Assembly: GCA_030141605.1 (NCBI GenBank) | Contig: JAQGDQ010000300.1 | Location: 267,388 to 287,028, forward strand | Direction: 5' to 3' | Source: Tubiluchus corallicola | Lineage: Eukaryota; Animalia; Priapulida | Length of the DNA: 19,641 bases | Part shown: one piece after another, positions 1 to 11,242 of the stretch | How the letters are laid out: each line of letters starts with the position of its first letter | Position numbering within the stretch: the stretch's first letter is position 1 | The notes under the pieces: generated by a model | What the model saw: the letters and a program-made list of their open reading frames with translations, nothing else | Database searches by the model: none | What the model was told of the DNA's origin: nothing | Program-made: the position numbers and the translations under genes

Positions 1-438
1 GTTTTTTTCTGACAGAATTGAAAATGAAAGAAGTCTTTTTATTAGCAATTCAGATTTAGAAAGCTTTTCGAGAAAGATTAACCAAACATTTGAGAATAAG
101 AGAAAATGACTTTGTGGCTCATTGACTGACTTAATTCGAGCAGGTTGTGTGTTTGCAAGACAGGACGTCTAAGTACACGGTGAGTATAAGATTTTATTGC
201 TTTAATGTAACACTAGAGTGTGAATTATAATATTCCCTGTATTAGATTGCTGAAAATGGCAATTTTCTTCGGAAATTTTAGGAGATGATTATATTAACCA
301 AACTCTTTACAGCGTAAGACTGTACTCTGCTTGAATAATGATAATGTCTCTTATTCTCTACAGTATAAATGAATAGGACGAATGCTACTTGGATAATATT
401 CTTTAAACGACTCTATTCTTTTTTCTTAGATTAACAAA

Positions 439-963
439 ATGTCCTCATCAAGGCCACCAACGACAACGACGGCGTCTAGGATGACAACAACTTCAACAAC
501 AACAACATCGTCATCGTCATCAGCGTCGACGCCAGTAACCTTCGCGCAACCTTCAAGAAGGGGAGTCATTTGGATGCTATCGTTTTAAAAAATCGTCGAC
601 TATGGCAGGTATATATATATATATATATAATGAAGAAAACTTTACACAGTGTTTTTTTCTCATTGTTGACGATGCTAATGTCACACTCTTATGGGCATTG
701 CATAAAATAAATTTCCTTTTTACAGAAAGCACTCTTCGGTGACGACTCCATCATCACCATCATCGTCATCGGTGTCATTGCCAACAACGACAACGACGAC
801 AACAACAACAACAACAACAACACCACCAACACCACCAGTGGCAACTATGCCGACAATAACGCCACCGCCAGCGTCGGCAGCACCACCACCGTCACCGGCG
901 ACAGCGACATCATCATCTGATGAAGAATCTATGAACCACTTGCCCCAATTGCGTCCACCAGGG
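439..963 (+). CDS. Putative upstream Ser/Thr/Pro low-complexity exons of the pPolB gene (439-608, 727-963), degraded
   Basis: ATG at 439 (MSSSRPPTTTT...). Donor-like GTATAT at 609, acceptor TTTCCTTTTTACAG ending 726, donor GTGAGA at 964, acceptor CTTTTTTCTTTTCAG ending 1130 directly before pPolB coding sequence. Frames do not join cleanly (stop near 586; 1-nt phase mismatch across 963/1131), consistent with decay. Confidence 0.4.
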
Positions 964-3323
964 GTGAGATCTTTCGTGCATCACGAAAGGTTAATAATCT
1001 CTTATATTAATGTTATTAAAGGAATTTACACTGTGCGCATTCGCTTCATGTTATTTTTATCGATGTTATTAAAGGAATTTGTGCGTATGCATATTATTTA
1101 CATCTAAAACATGCTCTTTTTTCTTTTCAGTGGATATGAATTCCACCTGGTGGATGATGCTCATAATGCAACGTTACAAGTATGGAGGTGTAGAACATCG
1201 GGTATAGATATAGAATGGATTTTGGATGATATTTCTGTTGCCATTGAAATGTTAGGTCAAACGCATTTAGAAAGCGGTTTTGCCACGCGCATACAACTAA
1301 CCGTAAATGCCACAATTGATCATCCCCTCCCCGTTGAAGAAGTAGAAAGAAAAAGAGATTCGTATTTCAATAGTGGATTTCATGATTTTTGGGACGAATG
1401 GTATAGCATGGCTAGAGCCATTTTAGTCGAAAATATCGAATCTTATTCGAAAAATGGCTCTGGTTATGTGATAAGTGATTTCCCATTTATTGAATTTCAA
1501 CTGGCGAAGTATGAACATCTCTCTACTGTTAAGGGTCATGGTGGATTTTGTAAATTACCAGCCGAATTATTAACCAAAAAAGCGCTGCTCATTATCTCCT
1601 CCGATCATGATGCTCTCTGTTTCAAATATGCCATTTTAAGGTCTTTATATGCTCATTTGTTATCGAAGCACAAAAACGCCTTAGCGACAATTATGATCAG
1701 TTTGCCCACCTTTTAAATTGGCAGCATATCGAATTTCCCACCAAAGCTTTTCAGAAATTTAATCCGGAGTATTGTTTAAACATTTTTATGTATTCTAACA
1801 GAGATGCTAAAAAACAAGCGTTTAAAATGCATTTATAATCCTCCGTGCAGAATAGTAGAAGGCAGAAAATTTATTAATCTTTTACTGTATAATCCACTCA
1901 AGTCCAGTCAAGCCGATTATACTCAATGTCATTATCTAACCATCACCAATTTCAATCGCCTGCTAAATAAACAGTGTGAGTCGCATAATTATTGCGAAAG
2001 ATGTATGCCCCCATTTTATAGAAATCGTATTACTCTTGAACAGCATAGGCGCATATGCTACACCATCGACGGGCACGTGCAAGAAAAATTACCGCCTCCA
2101 CACACCAAAGTAGGCTTTGAGAATATTCGCAAAGCCATGTCACCTAGTTACATCGCATATTGCGATTTCGAGGTCATACTCTTACCTAATGATGACCCAC
2201 TTTTGAAAACTAAGCATGAACCTTTTGCGGCGGGAATATATTTAGTGCTCGAAGAAACAATGTTGGTGAATCCCCTCCCCTGCGATTATAAGCAATTCAT
2301 TGGCGAAGATTGTACGCATCAATTAATGCTCTATCTATATGAATTGGCCCATTGAATTTGACATACGCTAAACAGCCACTATGTAGGAGTGCTCGCGATG
2401 AAGAAATTTTTCAAAATGCTACTCATTGCGTCTACTGTAAAACGGTATTCACCGAAGCAGAAAAAATACGCGAACACTGTCACTTAACAGGTGTTTACCA
2501 TGGGGCGGCGTGTGTGTCGTGTAATGCTAAAATGAGAAGTTATACATAATTTTAGAAATTACGACTCCCATTTCATACTGCAACATGACATCATTAAAGA
2601 TTCTCGTATTAGCGTAATAGCACAGACCTCGGAAAAAAATACCTCACTCTTAGGTGGTCCTTTAAAGCAGAACAAAAACCCACGCATCAAAAAAGACCCG
2701 ATTTGATACAAGTAATGTTCATCGATTCTTTCTAACATCTCCAGTCCAGTCTATCCAATCTCGCGTCAAACTTAAACGAGCACAAAAACACAAATCTCAT
2801 GATGCTTGATTATCCTTTGCTTTCGAAATCCACAATTGATGACAAAGGAATTATGTGTTATGAATATGTTAATAATTCATCCGTGTTGGAAGAGAAACGT
2901 CTCCCCGCCATAGAGCATTTTTATAGCTCTTTGACGGGTGAAAGTGTATCGCAAACAGATTATGAATTACCGCAAACTGCATGGCGTGAATTTGGTTGTC
3001 GCAATCTGCGCGACTATTATCTTAGATATTTAGAATTAGATTGCAGATTATTGGCAGACGTGTTTTGCGATTATCGAAGAATGTGCTTGCATCATTTCGG
3101 ATTAGGTGCGATTCATTATTGCACCTTACCCTCGCTGACATGGGATGCTGCTTTTAAAACGTGCGATATTCGGGTAGACGCTATTTCTGATATAACCATG
3201 TTTGAAAAATTCGAAAGCAACATACGTGGTGGAAGCGTTTTCGTTAATGTTCACAAACTCGAAGCTAACTGCCCCAAATTGCCTGAAACCTATGATCCAT
3301 CTAAAGCGCTAACGTATCTTTTA

Positions 3324-3809
3324 CCAACTCAACTTTAGTCATCTCTTTAGACATCTCTTTAGAGGTCACAACTTCTAAGATAGAGATGAAGAAAAAGGTT
3401 AGCAAAAAAACCAGGTTGCTCTTCAGGAAGGCCCACTGAATGTGTGGAATGTGAGGTAAACCAGCAGTGGCCACATTTTCTCGATGTGTGGAATGATGTC
3501 ACATCGAGAAATGTGGCCACTGCTGGTTTACCTGATCAAACAGATGTCGCCGTAAATGCAACTGCTGCTCCCCACTTCACTTTTTTTAGGGGGGTGATTT
3601 TTGTTCCCACTCCCGACAGTCGAGGGGGGGGGGCGTGACCCGTCAACCAACCATCACTCCTAATCCTTAAATTGGTCACTTAACTAGCACGACAATAGAG
3701 CCACTTCACTTTTTAGGGGTGTTTCCGGATTTTCGCACTTTTTAGGGGTGTTTTTTTTCCCCACCCCCCCCCCCGGGCAGCCAAAGGGGGCGTGGGGAAA
3801 TCGGCCAGA
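3324..3809. other. Composite templated insertion replacing the pPolB motif A region
   Basis: pPolB homology stops after YLL (~3323) and resumes at ISKIH (3810). In between: filler 3324-3348 with local duplications (CAACT x2, CATCTCTTTAG x2), an inverted copy of 9196-9413 at 3349-3566, and a direct diverged copy of terminal-repeat segment 16204-16433 at 3571-3809. Confidence 0.9.
3454..3533. other. Near-perfect 80-nt hairpin (34-bp stem, one bulge, 11-nt loop)
   Basis: AGGTAAACCAGCAGTGGCCACATTTTCTCGATGTG-tggaatgatgt-CACATCGAGAAATGTGGCCACTGCTGGTTTACCT; the arms are reverse complements except for one T. Confidence 0.9.
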
Positions 3810-5120
3810 ATTTCCAAAATTCATTCTGTTGTCTCATTTCGTCAGACATCAATTTTTCGTAGTTTTATTGCGGCTAACAGCTTAAAGAGACAAGAAGCTA
3901 AAAATGCTTTCGAAAAAGATCTTTTTAAGCTGTTCAATAACAGTTTATTTGGTAAAAGTATGGAAAACGTTCGCAAACGTTGCTCTTTAAAATTGGCCAC
4001 TAGTCAAAAAGCGTGCGAACAATTTTTGAGGCGACCGGACCACCAAGATTTTAACATTTTTAATAATACTGTGAGTGCTCACAGACTGCGCAAAACCAAT
4101 GTTCTCTTAGATAGGCCAATATATATAGGTCAGACCGTTCTTGACCTTTCTAAATTGATAATGTATCGCCTTCGCTACGAAACATTCAGTGATGACGAAA
4201 TGAAAATTTTATCTCCTGAAGCTGATGTGAAAATTGTCGGTTCGGACACGGATTCATTTTTTCTCCAAGTAAAAAATCTGAGTGTGCCCGAGATTTTAAT
4301 CCCCCATTTTCTACAGAAAGGAAACGTGATCGATACCTCGAATTATCCTAAAGATCACGTTTTTTATCGGGAGGAAAATCGGGCACGCTTAGGTTGTTTC
4401 AAAGATGAGTCACAAGGCTCGCTTCACCAACAATGGATTTTACTTAAGCCCAAATTATACAGCATGAAGAGCGTTGATTTTCGACAAAGCAAAAAGCGCG
4501 CCAAAGGTGTCGATAGGCGCACAATTTCAAAACAAATAACTCACGAAGATTTTGAGCGTGCCTTTACAGAGCAGGTGGAAATGACGCACGAGACAATTCG
4601 CTTCACATCGCAACGACATCACATATACACTAAACATTCTTCCAAAAGATCGCTATCTTTTTTTGATGATAAAAGATGCTGGCTGTCAAAAAATTTCAGC
4701 GTTCCATACGGGCATTATTTAGTAGACCAGACGAAACCTTTTGTTTCTAGTGTCGCTCCTCCCGTCGAAAATCGACCTTTTCACGGACCTCCTAACGTAA
4801 CTGTTGTCAATATCTGTGATGATGATGTTGATGTTGATGATGATGATGACGATGATGATAGTGATATTCTATGACAACAAATATGTTAGAGGGAGGGGCA
4901 CGGTCCGAACCGACTAAATATTGTATTTATGTAACAGTCTGTAGTCTGTTTGAAATTGTGAATTGAACACAATATATGAACATGTTTAATTGATAAATGC
5001 TATACCCCCATTATATGTGTAACAGTTTGTCTGTTGCAATCCCACCTCCTCCATTCTATACCTAATACATCATTGTATGAAGCCACTATATGATGTTTTA
5101 AAGTATTGTTGTTAGTAAAT

Positions 5121-5369
5121 GATGTTAAATATAGTATGCAATCATTCCCATGTTGGTGATGCTGTTAAATATAGTATGCAATCATTCCCATGTTGCTGAT
5201 GCTGTTAAATATACTGTTAAGTGACAGTGTTCACGTATTTTTTCTGCTTCGGTGAATACCGTTTTACAGTAGACGCATCATTCCCATGTTGGTGATGCTG
5301 TTAAATATAGTATGCAATCATTCCCATGTTGGTGATGCTGTTAAATATAGTATGCAACCATTCCCATGT
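5121..5369. repeat. 40-bp tandem minisatellite in two blocks (5121-5214, 5277-5369)
   Basis: Unit GCTGTTAAATATAGTATGCAATCATTCCCATGTTGGTGAT, about 2.3 copies per block, no unique spacers. Confidence 0.9.
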
Positions 5370-5559
5370 CATAAAAAGACTGTATTGTTGTTAAGAGTGT
5401 ATTGTTGTTACTTATGATGTTTTAAAGTATTTTTTAATAAGTTGTTTTAAAAAGTGTTGTTGTTGCTAATAAAGTGTTTTAAAAATAATTTTTATTCTTT
5501 CACATGGCTTTATATATTTAATTTTTATTTTTCGCAAATGCACCAAGCTTAAAAAGAAA

Positions 5560-5823
5560 TTAACATTAAAAATGAGTGTAATCTAAAATTTTTATTTTTC
5601 CACTAATGTATTATAATACGCTTACAAAATACATTCAATGATCAGCTATCGCCGTCATGCATTACAGAACAACATAGGAGCGTTATATTTCCCTGGTAAG
5701 TATTTAACATTAAAAAAAAAAAAATGTAATCTAAAATTTTTATTTTTCCACTAATGTATTATAATACGCATACAAAAACACATTCAATGAACAGGTAGTG
5801 CCATCTTGCATTACAGAACAACA
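5560..5823. repeat. Diverged ~115-bp direct repeat (5560-5674 / 5705-5823)
   Basis: Shared TGTAATCTAAAATTTTTATTTTTCCACTAATGTATTATAATACGC...CATTCAATGA...GCATTACAGAACAACA. Confidence 0.85.
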
Positions 5824-6215
5824 CTTTCAATGAATAGATAGCACAGTCATGCATTAATTTCACTGGAAATAGGTGTCGTTAATTTTCCAATGAAAGCTTT
5901 AGCCATATAAATTGTTCAAACGTTGGTGTGCTGTGCGCTAGCGTCATCTACCAGTGAATGCATGGTTAGTTCGCATAATGGCACTACAAACAAATTCTTC
6001 AGACTGTAATAAACATTGCACGCCCAGGTGTCATTAATTTCCAATGAAAGCTTTAGCCATATAAATTGTTCAAACGTTGATAAGCTGTACGCTAGCGTCA
6101 TCTGGCAATGCTCACTGACAATAAGGAAGTGAATGTTTGGCTAGCCCTCATAATGACGCCACCTGTTCACACACACATTCCAGTGAAATATAATGCTCCT
6201 TTGTTGTTTTGTATT
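5661..6215. repeat. 36-bp imperfect inverted repeat (5661-5696 / 6180-6215) enclosing a ~78-bp direct repeat (5871-5949 / 6026-6103); possibly a MITE-like remnant
   Basis: ATTACAGAACAACATAGGAGCGTTATATTTCCCTGG vs reverse complement of the right arm AATACAAAACAACAAAGGAGCATTATATTTCACTGG (31/36). Inner repeat TTTCCAATGAAAGCTTTAGCCATATAAATTGTTCAAACGTTG...GCTAGCGTCATCT. Confidence 0.6.
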
Positions 6216-7185
6216 TCAAACTAAAAAACTAGTGTGACTTCGAGTCTAGCTCAAACAAACAGTGTTCCTCTGCAGTTTTTAACCTGTGCTGAATTAAGAG
6301 CAACAACAATAAAATAATAAAATGTATTTTCAAGCTTTTCGAATTTATGGCTGCATAAACACAGATCGCTTTGTTGTCACAAACACCATGTTAATAAAAT
6401 GCGTCACTGTAGAAAAATAAAAGACGTAATTACTAGATTAGTAAATGCTGTGTAGAATAAACACGAAAGACCTTTCATTGTCTTCTGACTTAGTTCAGAA
6501 GTAAGTCTCTATTAAGTGCCTCTCCCATGGTCGCCTGTTATAGCTTAATGTGGTACACACACACCATTTGTTAACTATAGTACACTTTATACTCAGAATA
6601 TAAGACAATAATAAATGAGGCATAAACAGGCTAAAGGTACTGTAAATTAAATTTTCACATTTTGTCAAGTTGCCCCAATATGGTCCTCGAACCCACTGCT
6701 GCGTCACTGACAGTTTTCTACAACCAAACGAGTCTTTATTCTTTTCATAAAAATTTCTTCAATGGTACAATACGTTACCGAAACGTCGCAAAATAAGTTA
6801 AAATTACTTTTTGTTTTATTAGGTGGTAACACGTATAGTTATGTACACAATGGGCTTAGCCTTTTGGGCCCTATTAATATTCCCGAAAAGCCACAATACA
6901 TGCATTATAGCCTTTTTCAGTCTTTTACACTTTTACTTTTTGAATATTGTTATCATAGTTGCGTGACAGCATGTGCATATTTATTTTATGTAGAACATTT
7001 TCACTTGACGATTTTGTATTTTGGTCTATACGTCGGCATACTGACGTCCAAATAAGTGTTTTTGATCTCAATGAAAAAGAATACGAGGTTTCCCCAGTAC
7101 ACGTATCTACATCATCACCTCTTAGTTACTTTCTTTGAATAGGTGAGAAGTGACTTCTTTATTCTTGATTTTTATCATGACAGGT

Positions 7186-7340
7186 ACAATGAGACTCGAA
7201 TATAATTTCGTAAATTTCCTGTTTATTTGCATTTTCTTATTTAAACAACTTAGTTGTTGGTGCCACAATGAGACTCGAATATAATTTCATAAATTTCCTG
7301 TTTATTTACATTTTCTTATTTAAACAACTTAGTTGTTGGT
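7186..7340. repeat. 79-bp tandem duplication
   Basis: ACAATGAGACTCGAATATAATTTC...AAACAACTTAGTTGTTGGT starting at 7186 and 7265, with two substitutions. Confidence 0.9.
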
Positions 7341-8313
7341 AATTACAGGAAGCTGAGTAAGATGCACTACATTGTAGTCATCAATGACTTCATTTCCTCG
7401 CTGGAAAAGGTCGTTTCTCTATGCTTCTACAAGGTTTATTATTATTATGTCTATACTGATATGCCTATACTGGTGTGTTGTTAAAAGGGAATAATTTATT
7501 TTTATTGTAGTAATAATAATTATAGCTCTTAAAACACCGGTCTCGGGAGCGTTAGCGAAAGCATTGTTTTGTAGTGCCACCTATAGGAGAAAAATAAATT
7601 AGCTGAGTGTAAATAATTTTATGTAGTTGATTATACATTAAAGATCAACACAATTTTACCACAAGATGTTATTTATTTTTTCATTATTTACATCAAATTT
7701 TGTACACAAATTTTGTACACAAAAATCTCTCATCAATTTATGGGAATTCTAGTAAACTAACCAACATGACTGATTATGTAAAAGGCATTTGTGACGTCGC
7801 TACACTGAGTACAAATAATTTCAAAGTTCACATGTCGTATAATTATAGTACATAAAACAATATAGTTTCTCTGCAAGCAAAATATCTTTGCGGCAACAAT
7901 ACATACACAAATGCACTTAATTATCACAAAATATATCTTAAAGCAGCATTTAAAATTCATCTATAAAATCCCAACAACGAGGTGGAAAAACTACTCCTTT
8001 TGCTCAATACGTTAACAGAGGTAGTGGTGGTTAACCTTACAAACTGTAGCTTGAGTGAGCTGTCACACAGTTCCATTCCATACATTCTAAGACTGAGACA
8101 ACTTATTCTCAGGAACAATATCCTATCAACTTTTGATCCAAAGTTTGTAAATCGATAAACCAAAGTATCACTAGCTAACATGCTTAAATGTTAAACATCA
8201 CAAATTGATACAGATAGCATAAGCAGAATGAATTTAAATTCTTTAACGTAATTAAAGTGTCATTAAAGCGAAAACTGTTACTTATGCAAAAGCGCTTGAA
8301 CAGAGAGTAATTC

Positions 8314-8635
8314 ATTTACAGTCCAAAGTATTTTTTGAGATCAAAGATAAATGAGTGCAGTTTAAAGAATTGAAAACTTTTGGGGTGTCTGGTTGTTGGT
8401 GTATAAAAATTAATTTTTTTGCAAACAATTTATGTATAGCCTTGCTAAGGTGTAATGTCCTCAAGTCAAGTCAACTATCCCTTGAAAGTTTCTGTTTTTT
8501 TCCTACTATCGCAGTCTGTTATTCAAAAGTTGTTTACCAAAATGCTCGGTTTTAATGGGTGTCAGGTTATGCATGAGCACACATGGTTCAATGGTAAACG
8601 TATTAGATTTTAATGCTTTAAATTTCATGTATTAT
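8314..8635 (-). pseudogene. Probable degraded extracellular leucine-rich-repeat gene fragment
   Basis: Minus-strand translation across stops and a frameshift reads LLNNRLR...ETFKG*LT / LRTLHLSK...KNTLDCK*. This resembles the LxxLxLxxNxL..xxxFxGL repeat and the N.LDC cap start. Acceptor-like ATATACAG ends at 8636. Confidence 0.35.
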
Positions 8636-8958
8636 CTGTATATTGGAATATAGGTTTTAGGAGTGATCACGGAATTCCAAAAAAGTAAAAAACATGAGTG
8701 TATTAGTTTGTCATGCTTTAATTCAAACGAGGAAAAAAAGCAAAAAGACATGATTTGCAGATTTAAAACTTAAAAAGTGTCTGAAAATAAATGTGACGAA
8801 CATCATACTTAATTTTATACACTAAGTGTGGTCAGAAAATACTTAATTGTACAATATTAAGTCACCTCATAATTACTGATTTTTGACGCAAATAAAAAAA
8901 TTACTATCTTAATATTAATAGTGGATGTCACACCTTACAAATCACATAGAAAAGTGAA

Positions 8959-9915
8959 TTATGATTTTGGTGACTCGTGTTTAACAGCATTTGCTGAATC
9001 ACTTTCTGCTACATAACCTAAATTATCTACTCCAGCACTGCTTTCTTGGTGCACAGTAACCTCTGCATCCAAAGTATGGGCGTCATGCTGCATGTTATCT
9101 TCCAAGACAAGTGATGCAGTCATTGAGTGAGGTTGTACATCAATATCGATACTTTCATTTATAAGATTCCCAGGAGCAGCAATTGATACTGTGTTAGCAG
9201 TTGCATTTACGGCGTCATCTGTTTGATCAGGTAAACCAACACTGTCCGCATTTCTCGATATGACATCATTCCACACATCGAGAAAATGTGGACACTGGTG
9301 GTTTACCTCACATTCCACACATTCAGTGGGCCTTCTTGAAGAGCAACCTGGTTTTTTTGCTAACCTTTTTCTTCATCTCTATCTTAGAAGTTGTAACCTC
9401 TAAAGAGATGTCTGATTCTAGACTACTAGCAGCTTTGTTATCTACAAAAAACAAATAATTTATAAAAAACTTTTTAACACATAATAATGACAGCGATCAG
9501 ATGATGTAAACTGCTTAAAAATATTTAATGCAAAATCTTCATTTGAAGCACAAATTTTCTACATCGCATACTTTTGAATCAATAACGCCACTAAGTCTTA
9601 ACTAACTAGTTTGTTGGTGAAACTTAACTAAGGTCGTTATAAATTTTATTTTTCCATAAGCATGTCTTAGGCCTGTGCTTTACCAAAATAATCTGATGGT
9701 ATTGAAAATAAAAGCTGCATGTGGGTAACCAATATATATATATAGTACAATATATACAGTATTGTTAATAGGACTTTCTGGTGTAACAAAACAACATTTT
9801 TTATAGAAACACAAGTACACAAATTACAAACCTTTAGGAACCTCTTTGGTTTCTTTATTTTTGTCTAGTGTAACCAATGATGATGACATGGTCCGATCTT
9901 TGCTCCACTTTTTAT
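8959..9915 (-). CDS. 3' exons of an unidentified spliced gene (exon 9915-9832; exon from 9441)
   Basis: Acceptor TTATTGTTCTGTTAG, 84-nt exon (DKKWSKDRTMSSSLVTLDKNKETKEVPK), donor GTTTGT, acceptor TTTGTTTTTTGTAG, then a phase-compatible exon DNKAASSLESDISLEVTTSKIEMKKKVSKKTRLLFKKAH* (stop 9323-9325). An overlapping frame stays open to 8959 (119-aa ORF containing GVDNLGYVAE), so the true 3' end is uncertain. Confidence 0.45.
9229..9308. other. Imperfect 80-nt hairpin, homologue of 3454-3533
   Basis: AGGTAAACCAACACTGTCCGCATTTCTCGATATG...CACATCGAGAAAATGTGGACACTGGTGGTTTACCT; stem with a few mismatches and one bulge. Confidence 0.85.
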
Positions 9916-10547
9916 CTAACAGAACAATAATAACTAATATTAGTTAAAATAATGTGCATAAAATTATCTTTCTAACTATACTTTACAACAAAGTAAGCTT
10001 AAAAGTCTAGCACGCTGGAAAAATATCAATAAATTGTCTTTGATGAGAAAATTGCTCAGCATCTCAGAGTCAAACTCGACTACACGAGCACTAAAACAAA
10101 CAATAATAATGCACGTTATAACTAAATAGTTAAATTGATATTACTTGTGAAAGCATTTCATTCCCACGTTAGAAGCAGTGTTTGTCAACTAAAGTCATAT
10201 TTGCATTATACCTAAAGTGTCAATTCTTAAAGTCTCTAGGTTCAGAAGCAGTGTTTGCAGTTGCTCTGTACTCAGATAAAAACTTTAATAATCAGATAAT
10301 GTAATAAGGCTAACTGTAATAACTTCTTGTATGTACCTTTTGCTTTCTTTGTAATAATACTAACAGATTACTACACCCGCTAATGTGGATAAGAGCAGCC
10401 CACAAAAATGCCTCACCATCATCATCCATGACGTCGTCGTTGTCGTCGTCATCATCGTCGTCGTCGTCCTCGTCGTCATCGTTGTCGACGTCGTTGCCGT
10501 CGTCGTCATCGTCGTCGTCGCGGGCACCATTTTGATGCTACTTGGTG

Positions 10548-11209
10548 TTATGCGGAGTGACTCACTAAAGCCGCCATTGTGCGGAACTGCATGTTGCATT
10601 GAGCACACAAAAACGGTCCGTTACCACGACAGCCGCCATTTTGCTGCTGCTGCTGTTGTGTGGTGTGGCACTCTAGCATCCCCAATGTGTGGAACATCGA
10701 GCTACATTGTCCACACAAAAGCGTCACAGCAGCATCAGCGACATTTTGTTGCTGATGCTGTTGTAAGGCGTGCTTCTCTAAAGCCTCCTTTGTGTGGAAG
10801 GCTATGTCGCATCGACCACACAAAAACGGCCCCTCGTCATCGCAGCCACCATTTTTGTACTGCTGCTGCTGTTGTGTGACATGGCACTCTAAACCCGCCA
10901 ATGTGTAGAACGCCATGCCACATTGGCAACACAAAAACGACACAACAGTATCATACAACACAACAGTATCATCGTCACCATCTTGAGCATCATTTTGTTG
11001 CTGCTGCTGGTGTGTGATGTGCCTCACTAAATCCGCCAATGTGCGGAATACCAAACCACATCGGTCACACGAAAACGGCCCGTCCTCGTCACAGCAGCCA
11101 TTTTGTTGCTGCCACTGTTGTCGTGTGGCGTGCCACTCTAACGCCGTCAATGTGTGGAACCCCATACCGCATTGCCCACACAAAAACGGTACAACAGCAG
11201 CGGCAGCAA

Positions 11210-11242
<33 letters not shown>

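Larger units (their letters stand above)
1131..4874 (+). pseudogene. Protein-primed DNA polymerase B (pPolB, Polinton/Maverick/adintovirus type), frameshifted and interrupted
   Basis: Consecutive + ORFs (1111-1716, 1804-2355, 2352-2549, 2799-3338, 3792-4874) and the frames between them give the family motifs in order. N-terminal: NGSGY, LP..L..KKALL.I...D..CFKYAIL, LNWQHIEFP (alternative frame ~1710-1740), HYLTITNFNRLL, CERC. Exonuclease domain: ExoI YCDFE, Zn insert C..C...REHCHLTG.YHGAAC..CN, ExoII HNFRNYDSHFI (~2545-2577, alternative frame), FIDSF*HLQSSLSNL, ExoIII YLELDCRLLADVF. Then IRGG and YDPSK..YLL, motif B KLFNNSLFGK, motif C SDTDS, LKPKLYS, KRAKGV and LSFFDDKR. Several frameshifts and an in-frame stop; motif A is absent (replaced by insert 3324-3809). 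Confidence 0.93.

Noticed and set aside
3444-3638. 64-aa ORF as a gene
   Set aside because: It is a chimera of the two inserted fragments.
3792-3809. Start of an independent 360-aa protein
   Set aside because: The GTG start lies in the inserted repeat; the ORF is the C-terminal part of the broken pPolB.
5121-5369. CRISPR-like array
   Set aside because: The units are contiguous without unique spacers, there are no cas genes, and the context is eukaryotic.
5938-7587. CTCF-like motifs (TAGCGTCATCT at ~5939 and ~6093, TAGTGCCACCTATAGG at ~7572)
   Set aside because: Short degenerate matches that cannot be supported without PWM scoring or ChIP data.
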